In this document: in pieces, positions 17,002 to 26,530 of the stretch
Position numbering within the stretch: the first letter of the stretch is position 1
How the letters are laid out: every line of letters begins with the position of its first letter
Origin: a virus
IMG/VR virus record: IMGVR_UViG_3300021977_000001
Strand: one strand, 5' to 3'
Length of the DNA: 64,000 bases
The notes under the pieces: model-generated
The model's database searches: none
The model's input: only the letters and a program-made list of their open reading frames with translations
What the model was told of the DNA's origin: nothing
Position numbers and translations under genes: made by a program

Positions 17002-19164
17002 CTAGCTACGTGTTGGTACACCACCGATGTAGTCAGTGAAGACTTTATCGATGTTAGACACGTTGATCACACCCATTACAGGTAGGTGTGGTACGTGAAG
17101 GTCACGTGGCTGTACTTGAGTTTCTTTGGTAGTAGCATTGTCACGTGATACTTGCGCTGTGCTAGTAAGCTCAGGCATGTAGAAGTGAGTACCAAAACCA
17201 AGCGCATCAGGTTTACCTGATGCACCACGGCCGAAACCAAGAACGATCTTACCAGACATACGAGCATCAGGTGAAGATACAACTTCAAAGTCCATACCGA
17301 TAGATGCAGTACGCTCATCACCAGAAACCATGATGTGCTGAGCGATAACGTGATCTGTACCGATGATCAGCTTAGGCTTAACGCTAGTGCCGCCAGTTTC
17401 CATCTCAAGCGCTGCTGCGTAGTTAGAACGATCCATCATCTTGTATGCAATTTGACGGATAGCGTCAACTAGGATAGCAGAGAAATCAGATGCTTTCTCA
17501 TGCGACTTAGTTGAGTTGATAACTGCAGCTGCATCGATAGTTTCTTCTTGGAAGTAAGGCTTCACTAGAAGACGACCGATACCTTGTACTTGAGGTGCAG
17601 TACCTGTTGCCGTTGCACGAGCTACTGTAGAACGTAGGCTATCTACGTAGTTAAGTAGAGTGGTAACCGCGTTGTTAGAGGTACGAGTACGTGCAGTAGT
17701 AACTAGCGCACGTAGATCAGACGCCTGGTCGCTTGAGCCGTGGATAGGCTGAGGCGCAGAGATAGGCGCACCTAGTGGTACAGTGTAACGCTCTTTAACT
17801 TCAGTACGATCGATCAAGATACCACGAGTACGACGGTTAGCGTTAGTTAGACGTGCGTCTAGTTTATAACCGATCACTTCCATAGAGAAGCTGTCGATAG
17901 CTGCTTTACCATCACCTTGAGTAGTAGAGATCTGTGCACCAGATGCATCTACTAGGCCGTTAACGCGAAGTGGTGAAGCATTGATTTCAAGCGCACCCGT
18001 TTCAAGGTTAAGCGTACCATTAAGCTTCATGTCTAGTGAAGCAACGTAGTCGTTAAGACCAGCAAGCGCATCTGCTTTGCTCTGATCAACAGCTTTAGTG
18101 TCAGAAGCAAGTAGAACAGCGTTGTTAGCAAACGTTAGTGCCATTTCACGGCTATCGCCTTCAGCAGTAGGCTGGAACGTAGTGCGTGGAAGGCCTTTAA
18201 CTTGAATTTCAAGAACGTCAGACTCACCAGTAGCAGGGTCAGCTTGGTTAGCTGCATCGCGAACCAACACGTAAACTGTCTTAAGCTCAACACGGCCATC
18301 GATAGAGTCAGTGCTGTCGATTTGTGAGTTGATGCGGTTAGGACCAGTTGCAAGTGATACAAGATCCATTTGTGCGTCAACACGTAGTGCTGAAGTTTTG
18401 AACTCGTCACCGTCAACTTTAACGTCAGCAGGTGCTAGTACGTCAGTGTCTACGAAGAACTCAGCACGGCTGTCATCAGCAAGATAAACAGGCACTAGGT
18501 CAGTAGTTTGGTTTTCAAGGATCGATGCATCTTGAACTGCGTCAACAAGGTTAACTTTACCAAAGTTGGTAATAGAACCTGTAGCAGAACGCGTTACTTC
18601 GTTGAATACCATTGTACGTTGTACAGATACTTCAGCGCCAGCATTATCAGGCGACATTACGTACGTTGGGAAGAATGCTTCAGCAAACGGGTCTTGTACC
18701 GCAGCTAGCGCGTTGAACACGATTGAATGAGGAGCAAACTTACGTAGCTCAGATTCGTCAAATGCTTCGCTAGACGGAGAAAGGCGGAAGTCCATTGAAC
18801 CCGCTGAACCGAAAGCTGGTAGGCTGGTGTTGCCTTCAACGCTTACAGACATTGCACGCTGTGCGTAAACTGCTGGGTTACCGTTAGCAAGTGCAGCAAT
18901 TGCAGCAGCTTCAAGGCCAACCTGAGTAACAGCAAAACCTTCACCTAGGTTCTCTTCAAGGATGTGCTTGATTTCATTTGAATTACTTTCAAAAGACATC
19001 TCTAGATCAGAACGTGCGTTATCGTCAAGTGACTCAAGCGCAATAAGGTTGTTAGTAAGAGTTGTGTTAGACAAATCAGCACCCTGACCCTGCAGAAGCG
19101 CGGAGATGCTTTGTTTAGCGGCACCTAAACCGGTTGCCTTTTTCTTGATGCTTAATAGGGACAT
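17002..19164 (-). CDS. Major capsid protein (phiKZ gp120-like)
   Basis: 720 aa; N-terminal propeptide with several S/A/G-x-E sites (ALES, GLEA, SVEG, SSEAF); strong codon bias; Q..FAEAFFPT segment; synteny with the helicase and RNAP genes. Confidence 0.88.
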   Translation of the reverse strand: MSLLSIKKKATGLGAAKQSISALLQGQGADLSNTTLTNNLIALESLDDNARSDLEMSFESNSNEIKHILEENLGEGFAVTQVGLEAAAIAALANGNPAVYAQRAMSVSVEGNTSLPAFGSAGSMDFRLSPSSEAFDESELRKFAPHSIVFNALAAVQDPFAEAFFPTYVMSPDNAGAEVSVQRTMVFNEVTRSATGSITNFGKVNLVDAVQDASILENQTTDLVPVYLADDSRAEFFVDTDVLAPADVKVDGDEFKTSALRVDAQMDLVSLATGPNRINSQIDSTDSIDGRVELKTVYVLVRDAANQADPATGESDVLEIQVKGLPRTTFQPTAEGDSREMALTFANNAVLLASDTKAVDQSKADALAGLNDYVASLDMKLNGTLNLETGALEINASPLRVNGLVDASGAQISTTQGDGKAAIDSFSMEVIGYKLDARLTNANRRTRGILIDRTEVKERYTVPLGAPISAPQPIHGSSDQASDLRALVTTARTRTSNNAVTTLLNYVDSLRSTVARATATGTAPQVQGIGRLLVKPYFQEETIDAAAVINSTKSHEKASDFSAILVDAIRQIAYKMMDRSNYAAALEMETGGTSVKPKLIIGTDHVIAQHIMVSGDERTASIGMDFEVVSSPDARMSGKIVLGFGRGASGKPDALGFGTHFYMPELTSTAQVSRDNATTKETQVQPRDLHVPHLPVMGVINVSNIDKVFTDYIGGVPTRS

Positions 19165-19263
19165 TATCGTACCTTTCCTTTCATTAACGTGGATTATTAA
19201 GAAGCGTGTGTCTCATACAGTGTGTGACACAGGTTTGCTTCTACAGGTTAAAAATGCGGATGA

Positions 19264-19797
19264 CTACGCTGCGTGGCGCAGCTGCATCGCAACGTAGCTG
19301 GTATACAGTGGCGTCTTAAGTATAGCGCCATGGTCATAGCGTATCTGAAGAATCTTAAATAGTTCCTCATATAAATCCATAACCACTACAGGTTCTTTAC
19401 TAGGCTCGATGCACAGGCCTATGGTGTCCGTGCCGATCAGGCAGGGTGTCATAGAGATAGTATCGTTTTGACTTCCTAATGTTTGACCGTACAACAGAAT
19501 CTGTTGCCGTCCTACCATACCTTGATGCTGTTGAAGTTTAATTCTTACTGCATCACTAGGAACATCTGGCAGGCCTTTTACATCAGCGTGTGGATAGCTT
19601 GCAGCTAAGGCATTTAACCATCCCAGACCACCGTTACCCAGCTCACTTAACGTACTATAAATAGATGCTTGGTAGAACTGAACATCTTCGGGAGATAGTA
19701 TAGACGACAATTTCTCAATATCCAGCACGCTGGTGAGAGGCTCACCCAAACGCGCTAAGGTTTCTTTTAGCCAATGGGGTACAATGACATAATTCAT
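19264..19797 (-). CDS. Hypothetical phiKZ-like core protein upstream of MCP
   Basis: 177 aa; VIVPHW...L segment; position between MCP and helicase. Confidence 0.7.
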   Translation of the reverse strand: MNYVIVPHWLKETLARLGEPLTSVLDIEKLSSILSPEDVQFYQASIYSTLSELGNGGLGWLNALAASYPHADVKGLPDVPSDAVRIKLQQHQGMVGRQQILLYGQTLGSQNDTISMTPCLIGTDTIGLCIEPSKEPVVVMDLYEELFKILQIRYDHGAILKTPLYTSYVAMQLRHAA

Positions 19798-19850
19798 AAC
19801 GGGCCTTTACTAGTAGTTGCGTGTGATTCATCTATACAATAGGAAACCTC

Positions 19851-21413
19851 ATGGACTCAAAACTATTGCTCGTTAAGGCGATAATGTTACTGTATCGCGA
19901 AGGGCAACTAGAAGATAACAATGGTCAGTCTGGACCTATTATCAAAGAAGTAATTGAAGCACTTAAGCCAACCTTTAACAGTGCGGTATCAGGTTCCTCG
20001 AAAGATACACTAGTAGCATTACGTGACACGCTTCTATATATGCTAGAAGAACCACCTGGCTATAAACACGATAGAGACACCATCATTCAACGCTTACGTG
20101 TTAACATCATTGACGACGAGTCATTGTTTAAAGCCGTTGAATTAGGAATGATAGAATTAGAATCAGAAGAACGCATTCAGCAGGTCTGTTACGACCACGT
20201 CAGGACGTTACGTCAGTTCCTATCAAGAAACACCATTAAAAACATTATTAAACAAGCCTCTCAAGATGTTCACTTTAATGAAGAATCGGTAAATTGGAAG
20301 ACGTTTGCTGCGGATCTAGTAGATCAACTTGAGCCTTTTGCAAGTAACCTAGTCGAAAACGCGCAAGGGTTAGTGACCGAGTTAGATATTGATAACATTG
20401 AAGCCGTTGAAAAGGTAATGAAAGACGGTAATGAGTCTAACTCAACTGAAGGGATCATGAAGTTAGGTTGGCAGGGTGTTAATAGAATGACAGGTGACCA
20501 TGGCGGTATACGACGTGGTGACTTTGTACTAATAGGTGCACTTCAGCATAACTTTAAATCAGGGATGCTACTTAACATCCCTAAACACGTAGCGTTGTAT
20601 AATCGCCCATACATGCTAGACCCTAAAAAGAAACCGTTAATTATCTATATCTCTTTAGAAAACAAGATTGAAGATAACATCTTGATCATGTACAAGAACC
20701 TTAAAGAGAATGAAACCGGTGAAGCATGCGATGTAAGTAACATCAACATACAAGAAGCAGCGGCTTATCTTCGTGAAGTCTTAGGTAAGAATGGTTACCA
20801 CTTTAAGTTCTTACGTTTTGACCCGACTGAATTTACTTATCGTGATCTGTTTGAATTACTTGACCGTTACCAAGCTGAAGGTTACGAGATCCATATGGTA
20901 TCGGTGGATTACCTTAACATGATGAGTAAGCAAGGATGTAACTCAGGTATTAACGAAGCACACCGCATACGTGAGTTGTTTAGACGTGTTCGTAACTACT
21001 GTAACCCTAAAGGCATCACGCTGTTAACCGCGCACCAGTTAAGTTCAGATGCTAAGCAACTAGTACGGATGGGAAGTTCTGACTTTGTTAAAGAGGTAGC
21101 TAACAAAGGCTATTACGACTCATCTAAAGGTATCGACCAAGAGGTGGACTTAGAGATTACCATACACATCGAAAAACCAGGTGACGGCCATAGCTATCTC
21201 ACCATGATGCGAGGCAAGCATCGTAAGTCAGGTAAAATTACCCCTGATAAAGACTTATTCTGCGTATATCGCTTTGAACCTATCGGCGATATACCTGACG
21301 ACGTACATGGAAGTGATTTGTCAAGAAGAAGCGTTGGTGGTGGTGTCAATAGTCAACCAGGCGCTGCTGAAGGTGCGTGGTGGGACATGCCAAAAGGTGA
21401 CCATGCCGCATAA
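19851..21413 (+). CDS. dnaB: DnaB-like replicative helicase (phiKZ gp118-like)
   Basis: GGIRRGDFVLIGALQHNFKS Walker A variant, IYISLEN, VSVDYLNMM and LTAHQLS motifs. Confidence 0.88.
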   Translation: MDSKLLLVKAIMLLYREGQLEDNNGQSGPIIKEVIEALKPTFNSAVSGSSKDTLVALRDTLLYMLEEPPGYKHDRDTIIQRLRVNIIDDESLFKAVELGMIELESEERIQQVCYDHVRTLRQFLSRNTIKNIIKQASQDVHFNEESVNWKTFAADLVDQLEPFASNLVENAQGLVTELDIDNIEAVEKVMKDGNESNSTEGIMKLGWQGVNRMTGDHGGIRRGDFVLIGALQHNFKSGMLLNIPKHVALYNRPYMLDPKKKPLIIYISLENKIEDNILIMYKNLKENETGEACDVSNINIQEAAAYLREVLGKNGYHFKFLRFDPTEFTYRDLFELLDRYQAEGYEIHMVSVDYLNMMSKQGCNSGINEAHRIRELFRRVRNYCNPKGITLLTAHQLSSDAKQLVRMGSSDFVKEVANKGYYDSSKGIDQEVDLEITIHIEKPGDGHSYLTMMRGKHRKSGKITPDKDLFCVYRFEPIGDIPDDVHGSDLSRRSVGGGVNSQPGAAEGAWWDMPKGDHAA

Positions 21414-21459
21414 AAGCCTAACCACCTAGCCGTGAGGCCGGGTGGTTAGCTTATGCCGT
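21407..21459. repeat. 53-bp bidirectional terminator element, copy 1
   Basis: Exact reverse complement of 48890..48942. Confidence 0.9.
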
Positions 21460-22290
21460 CTAGATAAAGCTAGCTAATACTGCTTGACTCATTTCGTTGT
21501 ATTTATCGCATGCTAATATATCAGGATGGGAGAACATGCCTTTCTTTTTACAATACGCAATCATACGCTCTTGTTTATCTTCAAAGTAACCATTTAACGC
21601 AGCACCTAGACGAAGATAATCGACATAATCGATAGCCTGTTTAGCATCATCGCTTTCTTTTCGTCGCCAGCGTTCAACAGCGTAGATGATAGGTTGTTCA
21701 AATTCCCACTGTTTAAGGATCTGACCCCCTAAGATAGGTGATAGGCGGCTAGCGGTTTCATTTAAAAAAGCAGGCTGAGCAAATTCAGCAGGGTTAGTTT
21801 CTGCTTCATTTAGTATAGCCAACATACCGATGTTGTGGACTAGGCAGGCCAGGAATAACGTTTCTTCCCTGACGTGTTTTTGCTTATCGCAGACCGCATA
21901 GGCACCAATGGCACACGAGGTCATCGTAACGGTATCCATCCATACCTCATGCATCTTTATTTGAATCTGTTTATTTTGAGAATCAAATAACTGCTCCATG
22001 GCCATACCTATTGCTAGGTTTTTAAGCTTAACAAGCCCTATACGTTTACAGGCTTCGTGGATATCAGTAATGGTAGAGACACCACGTACTAAAGCAGTAT
22101 TAGAGTAGCGTAGTATTCTAGTGGTTAATGCAGCGTCAGTAGCGATCACCTGACTAACATCTACAATAGTTGAATCTTCTTGCTCCGCTGTCTGCTTTAC
22201 ACGTAGTGCGATATCAGGCAAAGTAGGTAGCGTTAGCTTGTTATGGTTGATCTTATCGAGGATTGATAAAGTTAACGCGTTATGTTTCAT
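21460..22290 (-). CDS. HDOD domain protein
   Basis: LPTLPDIALRV...I.DVSQVI.TDAALT.RILRYSN...I.EA..RIG, LACLVHNIG.L and GGQIL.QWEF are the HDOD pattern. Confidence 0.9.
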   Translation of the reverse strand: MKHNALTLSILDKINHNKLTLPTLPDIALRVKQTAEQEDSTIVDVSQVIATDAALTTRILRYSNTALVRGVSTITDIHEACKRIGLVKLKNLAIGMAMEQLFDSQNKQIQIKMHEVWMDTVTMTSCAIGAYAVCDKQKHVREETLFLACLVHNIGMLAILNEAETNPAEFAQPAFLNETASRLSPILGGQILKQWEFEQPIIYAVERWRRKESDDAKQAIDYVDYLRLGAALNGYFEDKQERMIAYCKKKGMFSHPDILACDKYNEMSQAVLASFI

Positions 22291-22292
22291 GG

Positions 22293-23549
22293 TTAAACAA
22301 ACTCCATTGTTGAAGAACTTAGCAACAACCGGCTAAGGTCGTTAGGGATGTAGCTCCCATAGAAATACTGAGTTATAAGTGACTTACTTGCGAGCTTATT
22401 ATCCGCTAACGCCTTAAATTGAGCAAATTGATAACTGTGATTCATCACCACCCCTAGCTGAGATCGCTCGTGTAGGGGCGTATTTTCTTGATGCTCTTCT
22501 AAGGCCCGTCGTAGTGGACGTATATGTGTCCAGTTAATCTGGTGAATAAGGATATCTTGAATCTTTTCTTTAAAGCAGTTAATCCAAATACTTAACACAT
22601 TAAAATTCACATCAACGGACTGAATAGCAGTGTGTAGAGTATGTTGGCTCTGAGATCGCCACGTATCCATTAAACGCACCCTAACGTCATCCTGGCGCTC
22701 GCAGAACAAACGATAGACCACTACGCCACACAAGACGTCTAGTACGCCTAGAAGACCACCTAAACGGCGTGTAGGATGATCTTTACCTAAGGTGTTTAAA
22801 ATACCGATAGCGTAGTTAACATTATAGCTAAGTAAACGCTTAAACCTATTCTCGCTAGCACTACGTTTAACGTCATAATCCACTTCTGTAAACTGCTGTA
22901 CGAGTAAAAGAGGAAGTAGATCATCAAGGGTAGATTTACCTAACTGACCTATAATAGCCTGCATACTCTGTTTACCTACATCAATCTTGCTATATTTTCC
23001 ACTGCGCTGTTCTTTAACAATAAACTTCAATACCCCGTCTGTCAATATATCAGACTGACCGATGGCATTAACCAGTTTCTTATAGTCGACGTTAGGATGG
23101 TATAGTGTATCAATGAGATCTGGCAAGGCACGCCCAATAGCATGGAGTGGGCGTTCGGTTAATTGAATCTCTATATCTTTTTTAAGCTCGCGATGATATA
23201 GTTCGCTGGCTTTAACCTGCCACTCTACCTGTTTTGCGTTGGCCCGTATTTTATCCTCTTGCCTTACACGTTCTACATCCAGCAGCGTTCGATTAGCGTT
23301 AGCAACAATAGGTTCTTTAATACCGCGTTTTATTACAGTATCTATATCAGGCGTATAGCCTGCTGATATAGAGGAAGCGAGATTAAGATCAAACAAATGT
23401 GCACGGCATCGCTGCGTCATCAAGTGCTTGACTAATGAAAATTGACTAACCTGCTCTTCAGTAAGTCGGGTTGGGTCTAGTAGAAATTTAACAGCCTGCA
23501 TGGTTTGTGGTCCTTCATCGTCATAAGGTGAGGACCTATTGGTCCTCAC
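22293..23549 (-). CDS. Divergent HDOD-like protein with an N-terminal extension
   Basis: 418 aa; ALPDLIDTLY..NVDYKKLVNAI..S..L...VLKF resembles the start of an HDOD domain; helical; co-transcribed with the HDOD gene. Confidence 0.55.
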   Translation of the reverse strand: MRTNRSSPYDDEGPQTMQAVKFLLDPTRLTEEQVSQFSLVKHLMTQRCRAHLFDLNLASSISAGYTPDIDTVIKRGIKEPIVANANRTLLDVERVRQEDKIRANAKQVEWQVKASELYHRELKKDIEIQLTERPLHAIGRALPDLIDTLYHPNVDYKKLVNAIGQSDILTDGVLKFIVKEQRSGKYSKIDVGKQSMQAIIGQLGKSTLDDLLPLLLVQQFTEVDYDVKRSASENRFKRLLSYNVNYAIGILNTLGKDHPTRRLGGLLGVLDVLCGVVVYRLFCERQDDVRVRLMDTWRSQSQHTLHTAIQSVDVNFNVLSIWINCFKEKIQDILIHQINWTHIRPLRRALEEHQENTPLHERSQLGVVMNHSYQFAQFKALADNKLASKSLITQYFYGSYIPNDLSRLLLSSSTMEFV

Positions 23550-24243
23550 TGCTTATTAATAAATTACGCAACGTAATGATGTCATCTAGACATCGGTTAA
23601 GTGGGTCGGCGGGGAAGTGTATAGCATCTTTCTCATCGTCATGATCTAAAAGCTCTTTAGCCGAATTAGCATGATCGATAAAAAGATCCAACATGGCCTC
23701 GGCAGCATCTAGCTTATCTTCAATGCTATTAGTTTCCTCTAACAATCTTTGAAGATAGCCACCGTATTGATCCAAATTAACCACCCAGTAAACAATACCT
23801 GTACGAATATCTTGCTGTTTATTTACCTCCAGGTAATTAAACGCTGTTTCGCCCCGATATAGCTCATGTCTGTCGCGGTTTCTTTTCTTATCGATATCTA
23901 TCACTACATCAAAATGGTTGCGACGTGTAGGTTTAAGACCTACTTTGTCAAATACACCCATGATAACATCAATTAACCGCATGTAAGTGTTATAGAACAA
24001 CTTATAGCGTTTAAAGGTAACGTAGTGTAGTTCTTTATTCACATAAGACTTAACTGCCTTATCTACCTCACCATAGACACGTGTCGATTGGTTAGGATTT
24101 TCTACTGCTTCGGTGAAGCATTGATCGCGTTGATTAGTTAAAATACCTCTTATGGATATTGCGCACTGCTTCCTTTCGTTTAAACGCTCGATCAACGCAC
24201 CGATATTAGCTTTAGTGTAGCTAATGGTGAGTAATCGTCTCAT
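23536..24243 (-). CDS. Hypothetical protein
   Basis: 235-aa ORF overlapping the next gene by 14 nt. Confidence 0.65.
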   Translation of the reverse strand: MRRLLTISYTKANIGALIERLNERKQCAISIRGILTNQRDQCFTEAVENPNQSTRVYGEVDKAVKSYVNKELHYVTFKRYKLFYNTYMRLIDVIMGVFDKVGLKPTRRNHFDVVIDIDKKRNRDRHELYRGETAFNYLEVNKQQDIRTGIVYWVVNLDQYGGYLQRLLEETNSIEDKLDAAEAMLDLFIDHANSAKELLDHDDEKDAIHFPADPLNRCLDDIITLRNLLISSEDQ

Positions 24244-24270
24244 ACCAGTGTCCTATGATGTTAACGCTCC

Positions 24271-24852
24271 CTACCAGTTTAGAGATACAATCATAGCATG
24301 AGTATCTTCTAAGCTCACCTTTGCTGATTGAGCTAGTTTCCTTGCATTACGCTTTACCTGTTCATCGCTGTAGCGAGTTTGACTATCCCACGCCCACTGT
24401 AGTAGTGCTTGACGTTGTTTAGGTCGACATTCTCTATCCTTTAAATTACAATTAGCGTTGATCTGTCCTTGATGTCTTGCCACAAAGCTACGCCAGCGTT
24501 TGATTTCCAATTCGTCTTTCTCACCTAAACGTCGACCTAGGTAATAGAGACAATACCACTGAAACCATCCTAGAGGATAATCGGGGTCTGTCCATCCATT
24601 CTTTTTCCAAATAGATAAAGGCTGTCGGGATTTAACACCGTAATAGTTAATGGTAGGGTCAGGGTCATCGCTGCGTTTCAACACTTTAGGGATGTCGTAC
24701 CATGACTTAGGTAGTCCTTCAACGGCATTTATATATTTACCTTCAAAGATGCCAAGCTTTAACATCTGCTCCGGTGTATAAGACGGGCCGAATGTTGGAT
24801 CCCAGGTTATTGTCTTACTCATGATGATTCCATATTTTCTTATTAAAGACAA
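24271..24852 (-). CDS. Conserved hypothetical protein (GWFQWYC..Y.GRR family)
   Basis: F.P.YTP.QML..G.F.GKY, YYGVKSRQ.L..W..NGW, DYP.GWFQWYC.YYLGRR and RQALLQWAWD. Confidence 0.75.
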   Translation of the reverse strand: MSLIRKYGIIMSKTITWDPTFGPSYTPEQMLKLGIFEGKYINAVEGLPKSWYDIPKVLKRSDDPDPTINYYGVKSRQPLSIWKKNGWTDPDYPLGWFQWYCLYYLGRRLGEKDELEIKRWRSFVARHQGQINANCNLKDRECRPKQRQALLQWAWDSQTRYSDEQVKRNARKLAQSAKVSLEDTHAMIVSLNW

Positions 24853-24881
24853 AAAAGAACAGGATCCGAAGATCCCGTGGG

Positions 24882-25523
24882 CTATTTACTTACATTATCA
24901 GAATAGTAGGTTAGTGCGTCAGCACACTGCATGTTATAAGGTATTTGGAAACTAACTTGATGCGTCCCACCTTTCCACGTATTGACACGTGGTCCTACTT
25001 CTTCATTAAACGTTATCTCTGCACGATAGATACGCCAGGAGATAAACCGCGCCCATCGTAAACATAACGGCGCTACACGAATATAATACGTACGCACATG
25101 ACATTGTACCATGTTCAAATTAGCTTGATCGTGGTATTTCATGTTATTTACTTGCTTTAACGTCACCTCGGTATAAGGTTCTAAGCAGCGTATCTGCCAA
25201 GGCATATCATACCCGCGATACCCTTTACGTCCAAGGTAGAATGACACAGAATCCGCATGAAAGAATACCCCATACCAGATATCTTCCTCATTATTATCCA
25301 ATGCTTCAACGCACCATCTTGCACTAAGTTTAATGGTGATGTTAATCAGGTATAAGAATAACGTAACACTATTATCGCCCTCACCGTAGCTAAGGTTTTG
25401 CTTGGTGGTTCGACTTAAAAGGAAATGGATACTCCTATCTACCTTAGGAATATTCCACTTTACCGACAACATGCCTAAGCTAAACACACCGCTGGCTTTT
25501 AGTCGTTTTAATGCAGCTAACAT
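24882..25523 (-). CDS. Hypothetical protein
   Basis: 213 aa, Trp/Tyr-rich; flanked by hairpin plus T-tract terminators. Confidence 0.65.
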   Translation of the reverse strand: MLAALKRLKASGVFSLGMLSVKWNIPKVDRSIHFLLSRTTKQNLSYGEGDNSVTLFLYLINITIKLSARWCVEALDNNEEDIWYGVFFHADSVSFYLGRKGYRGYDMPWQIRCLEPYTEVTLKQVNNMKYHDQANLNMVQCHVRTYYIRVAPLCLRWARFISWRIYRAEITFNEEVGPRVNTWKGGTHQVSFQIPYNMQCADALTYYSDNVSK

Positions 25524-25591
25524 AATACACGTCCTGTTATTGAAGTTAAAAAAAGAAGGTCATAATAAACCTTCTTTATGTTAATACTGAC

Positions 25592-26005
25592 TTACTTTGT
25601 AAGATCCAAGCCCAGGTTACGCACTAGGCGTATGCCTTTAGACGTCATCCCGTAGGCCATAAAACGCCCATGGCGTTCTTTATCTAAATAACCTAGGTTA
25701 ACCAGCTTGTTTAGCATGCGTGCTATGGCGGAGTAACTCCAACGATTACCCCCGCGTCTATAATAGCTCATAAAGAAACCTTCTACCTCACCTACATACA
25801 CTAGCGGGTATTTGCCACTATGGTTACTATTGACAATGGATAACGCCAGCATAGCAGGAAGACTTAAGTTAGACAGCCTAAGTTTTACCATGATCTCTAA
25901 CGGGCTTAGTTGGACATCATGTTTGTCTTTAAATAGCTGAATAACTTCAGCACTTTGCTGTTGGACTTCTTCGCGTTGAGGTTTAGTCTTTATTGTTTTC
26001 ATCAT
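25592..26005 (-). CDS. Putative winged-helix DNA-binding protein
   Basis: C-terminal SYSAIARMLNKLVNLGYLDKERHGRFMAYGMTSKG resembles a MarR/PadR-like helix and wing. Confidence 0.55.
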   Translation of the reverse strand: MMKTIKTKPQREEVQQQSAEVIQLFKDKHDVQLSPLEIMVKLRLSNLSLPAMLALSIVNSNHSGKYPLVYVGEVEGFFMSYYRRGGNRWSYSAIARMLNKLVNLGYLDKERHGRFMAYGMTSKGIRLVRNLGLDLTK

Positions 26006-26475
26006 TACGCTTCCTTGCTGTATTTTATCATATCACATATAGCCTTACCTAGATTGTATCGCACGCTATTGTTAATACTTGCATCCGATAACTGACCACG
26101 CATTAAAGAACCGTACATGCGGGTTATCTGCACAGGCATATTGGCTACTACGACTGCGCTATCGCCATGTGGATAACGATCAAATAAGATTACGTTACCG
26201 TTAGGGGTGTTGGTAACGTGGACCAACCTTTGCTTGCTGTCTAATCCAATTATCTGGATATTATCTGATAAACTACTATCATCAACCCCGCCATCTAAAT
26301 ACCCTGATCCGTTATCCCAACTGTCTGGAATCTTATCGCAGACATACAAGTTATCATCAACTACCTCGTTATCATCAAGTCCTGTTAGCAGTTCTTTAAT
26401 AGCTTTAGCTAGACGTCCTTCATTGTCTTCTATTATTGCATTGATATTACTAGGGGTTGCTTTAGTTAAGTTCAT
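26005..26475 (-). CDS. Hypothetical protein
   Basis: 156 aa; TAATG stop/start overlap with the downstream gene. Confidence 0.7.
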   Translation of the reverse strand: MNLTKATPSNINAIIEDNEGRLAKAIKELLTGLDDNEVVDDNLYVCDKIPDSWDNGSGYLDGGVDDSSLSDNIQIIGLDSKQRLVHVTNTPNGNVILFDRYPHGDSAVVVANMPVQITRMYGSLMRGQLSDASINNSVRYNLGKAICDMIKYSKEA

Positions 26476-26530
26476 GTTAGTTTCCTTAATTTAAAAGACC
26501 AAGCCTTTATTGACCTGGTCGTATAAGTGT

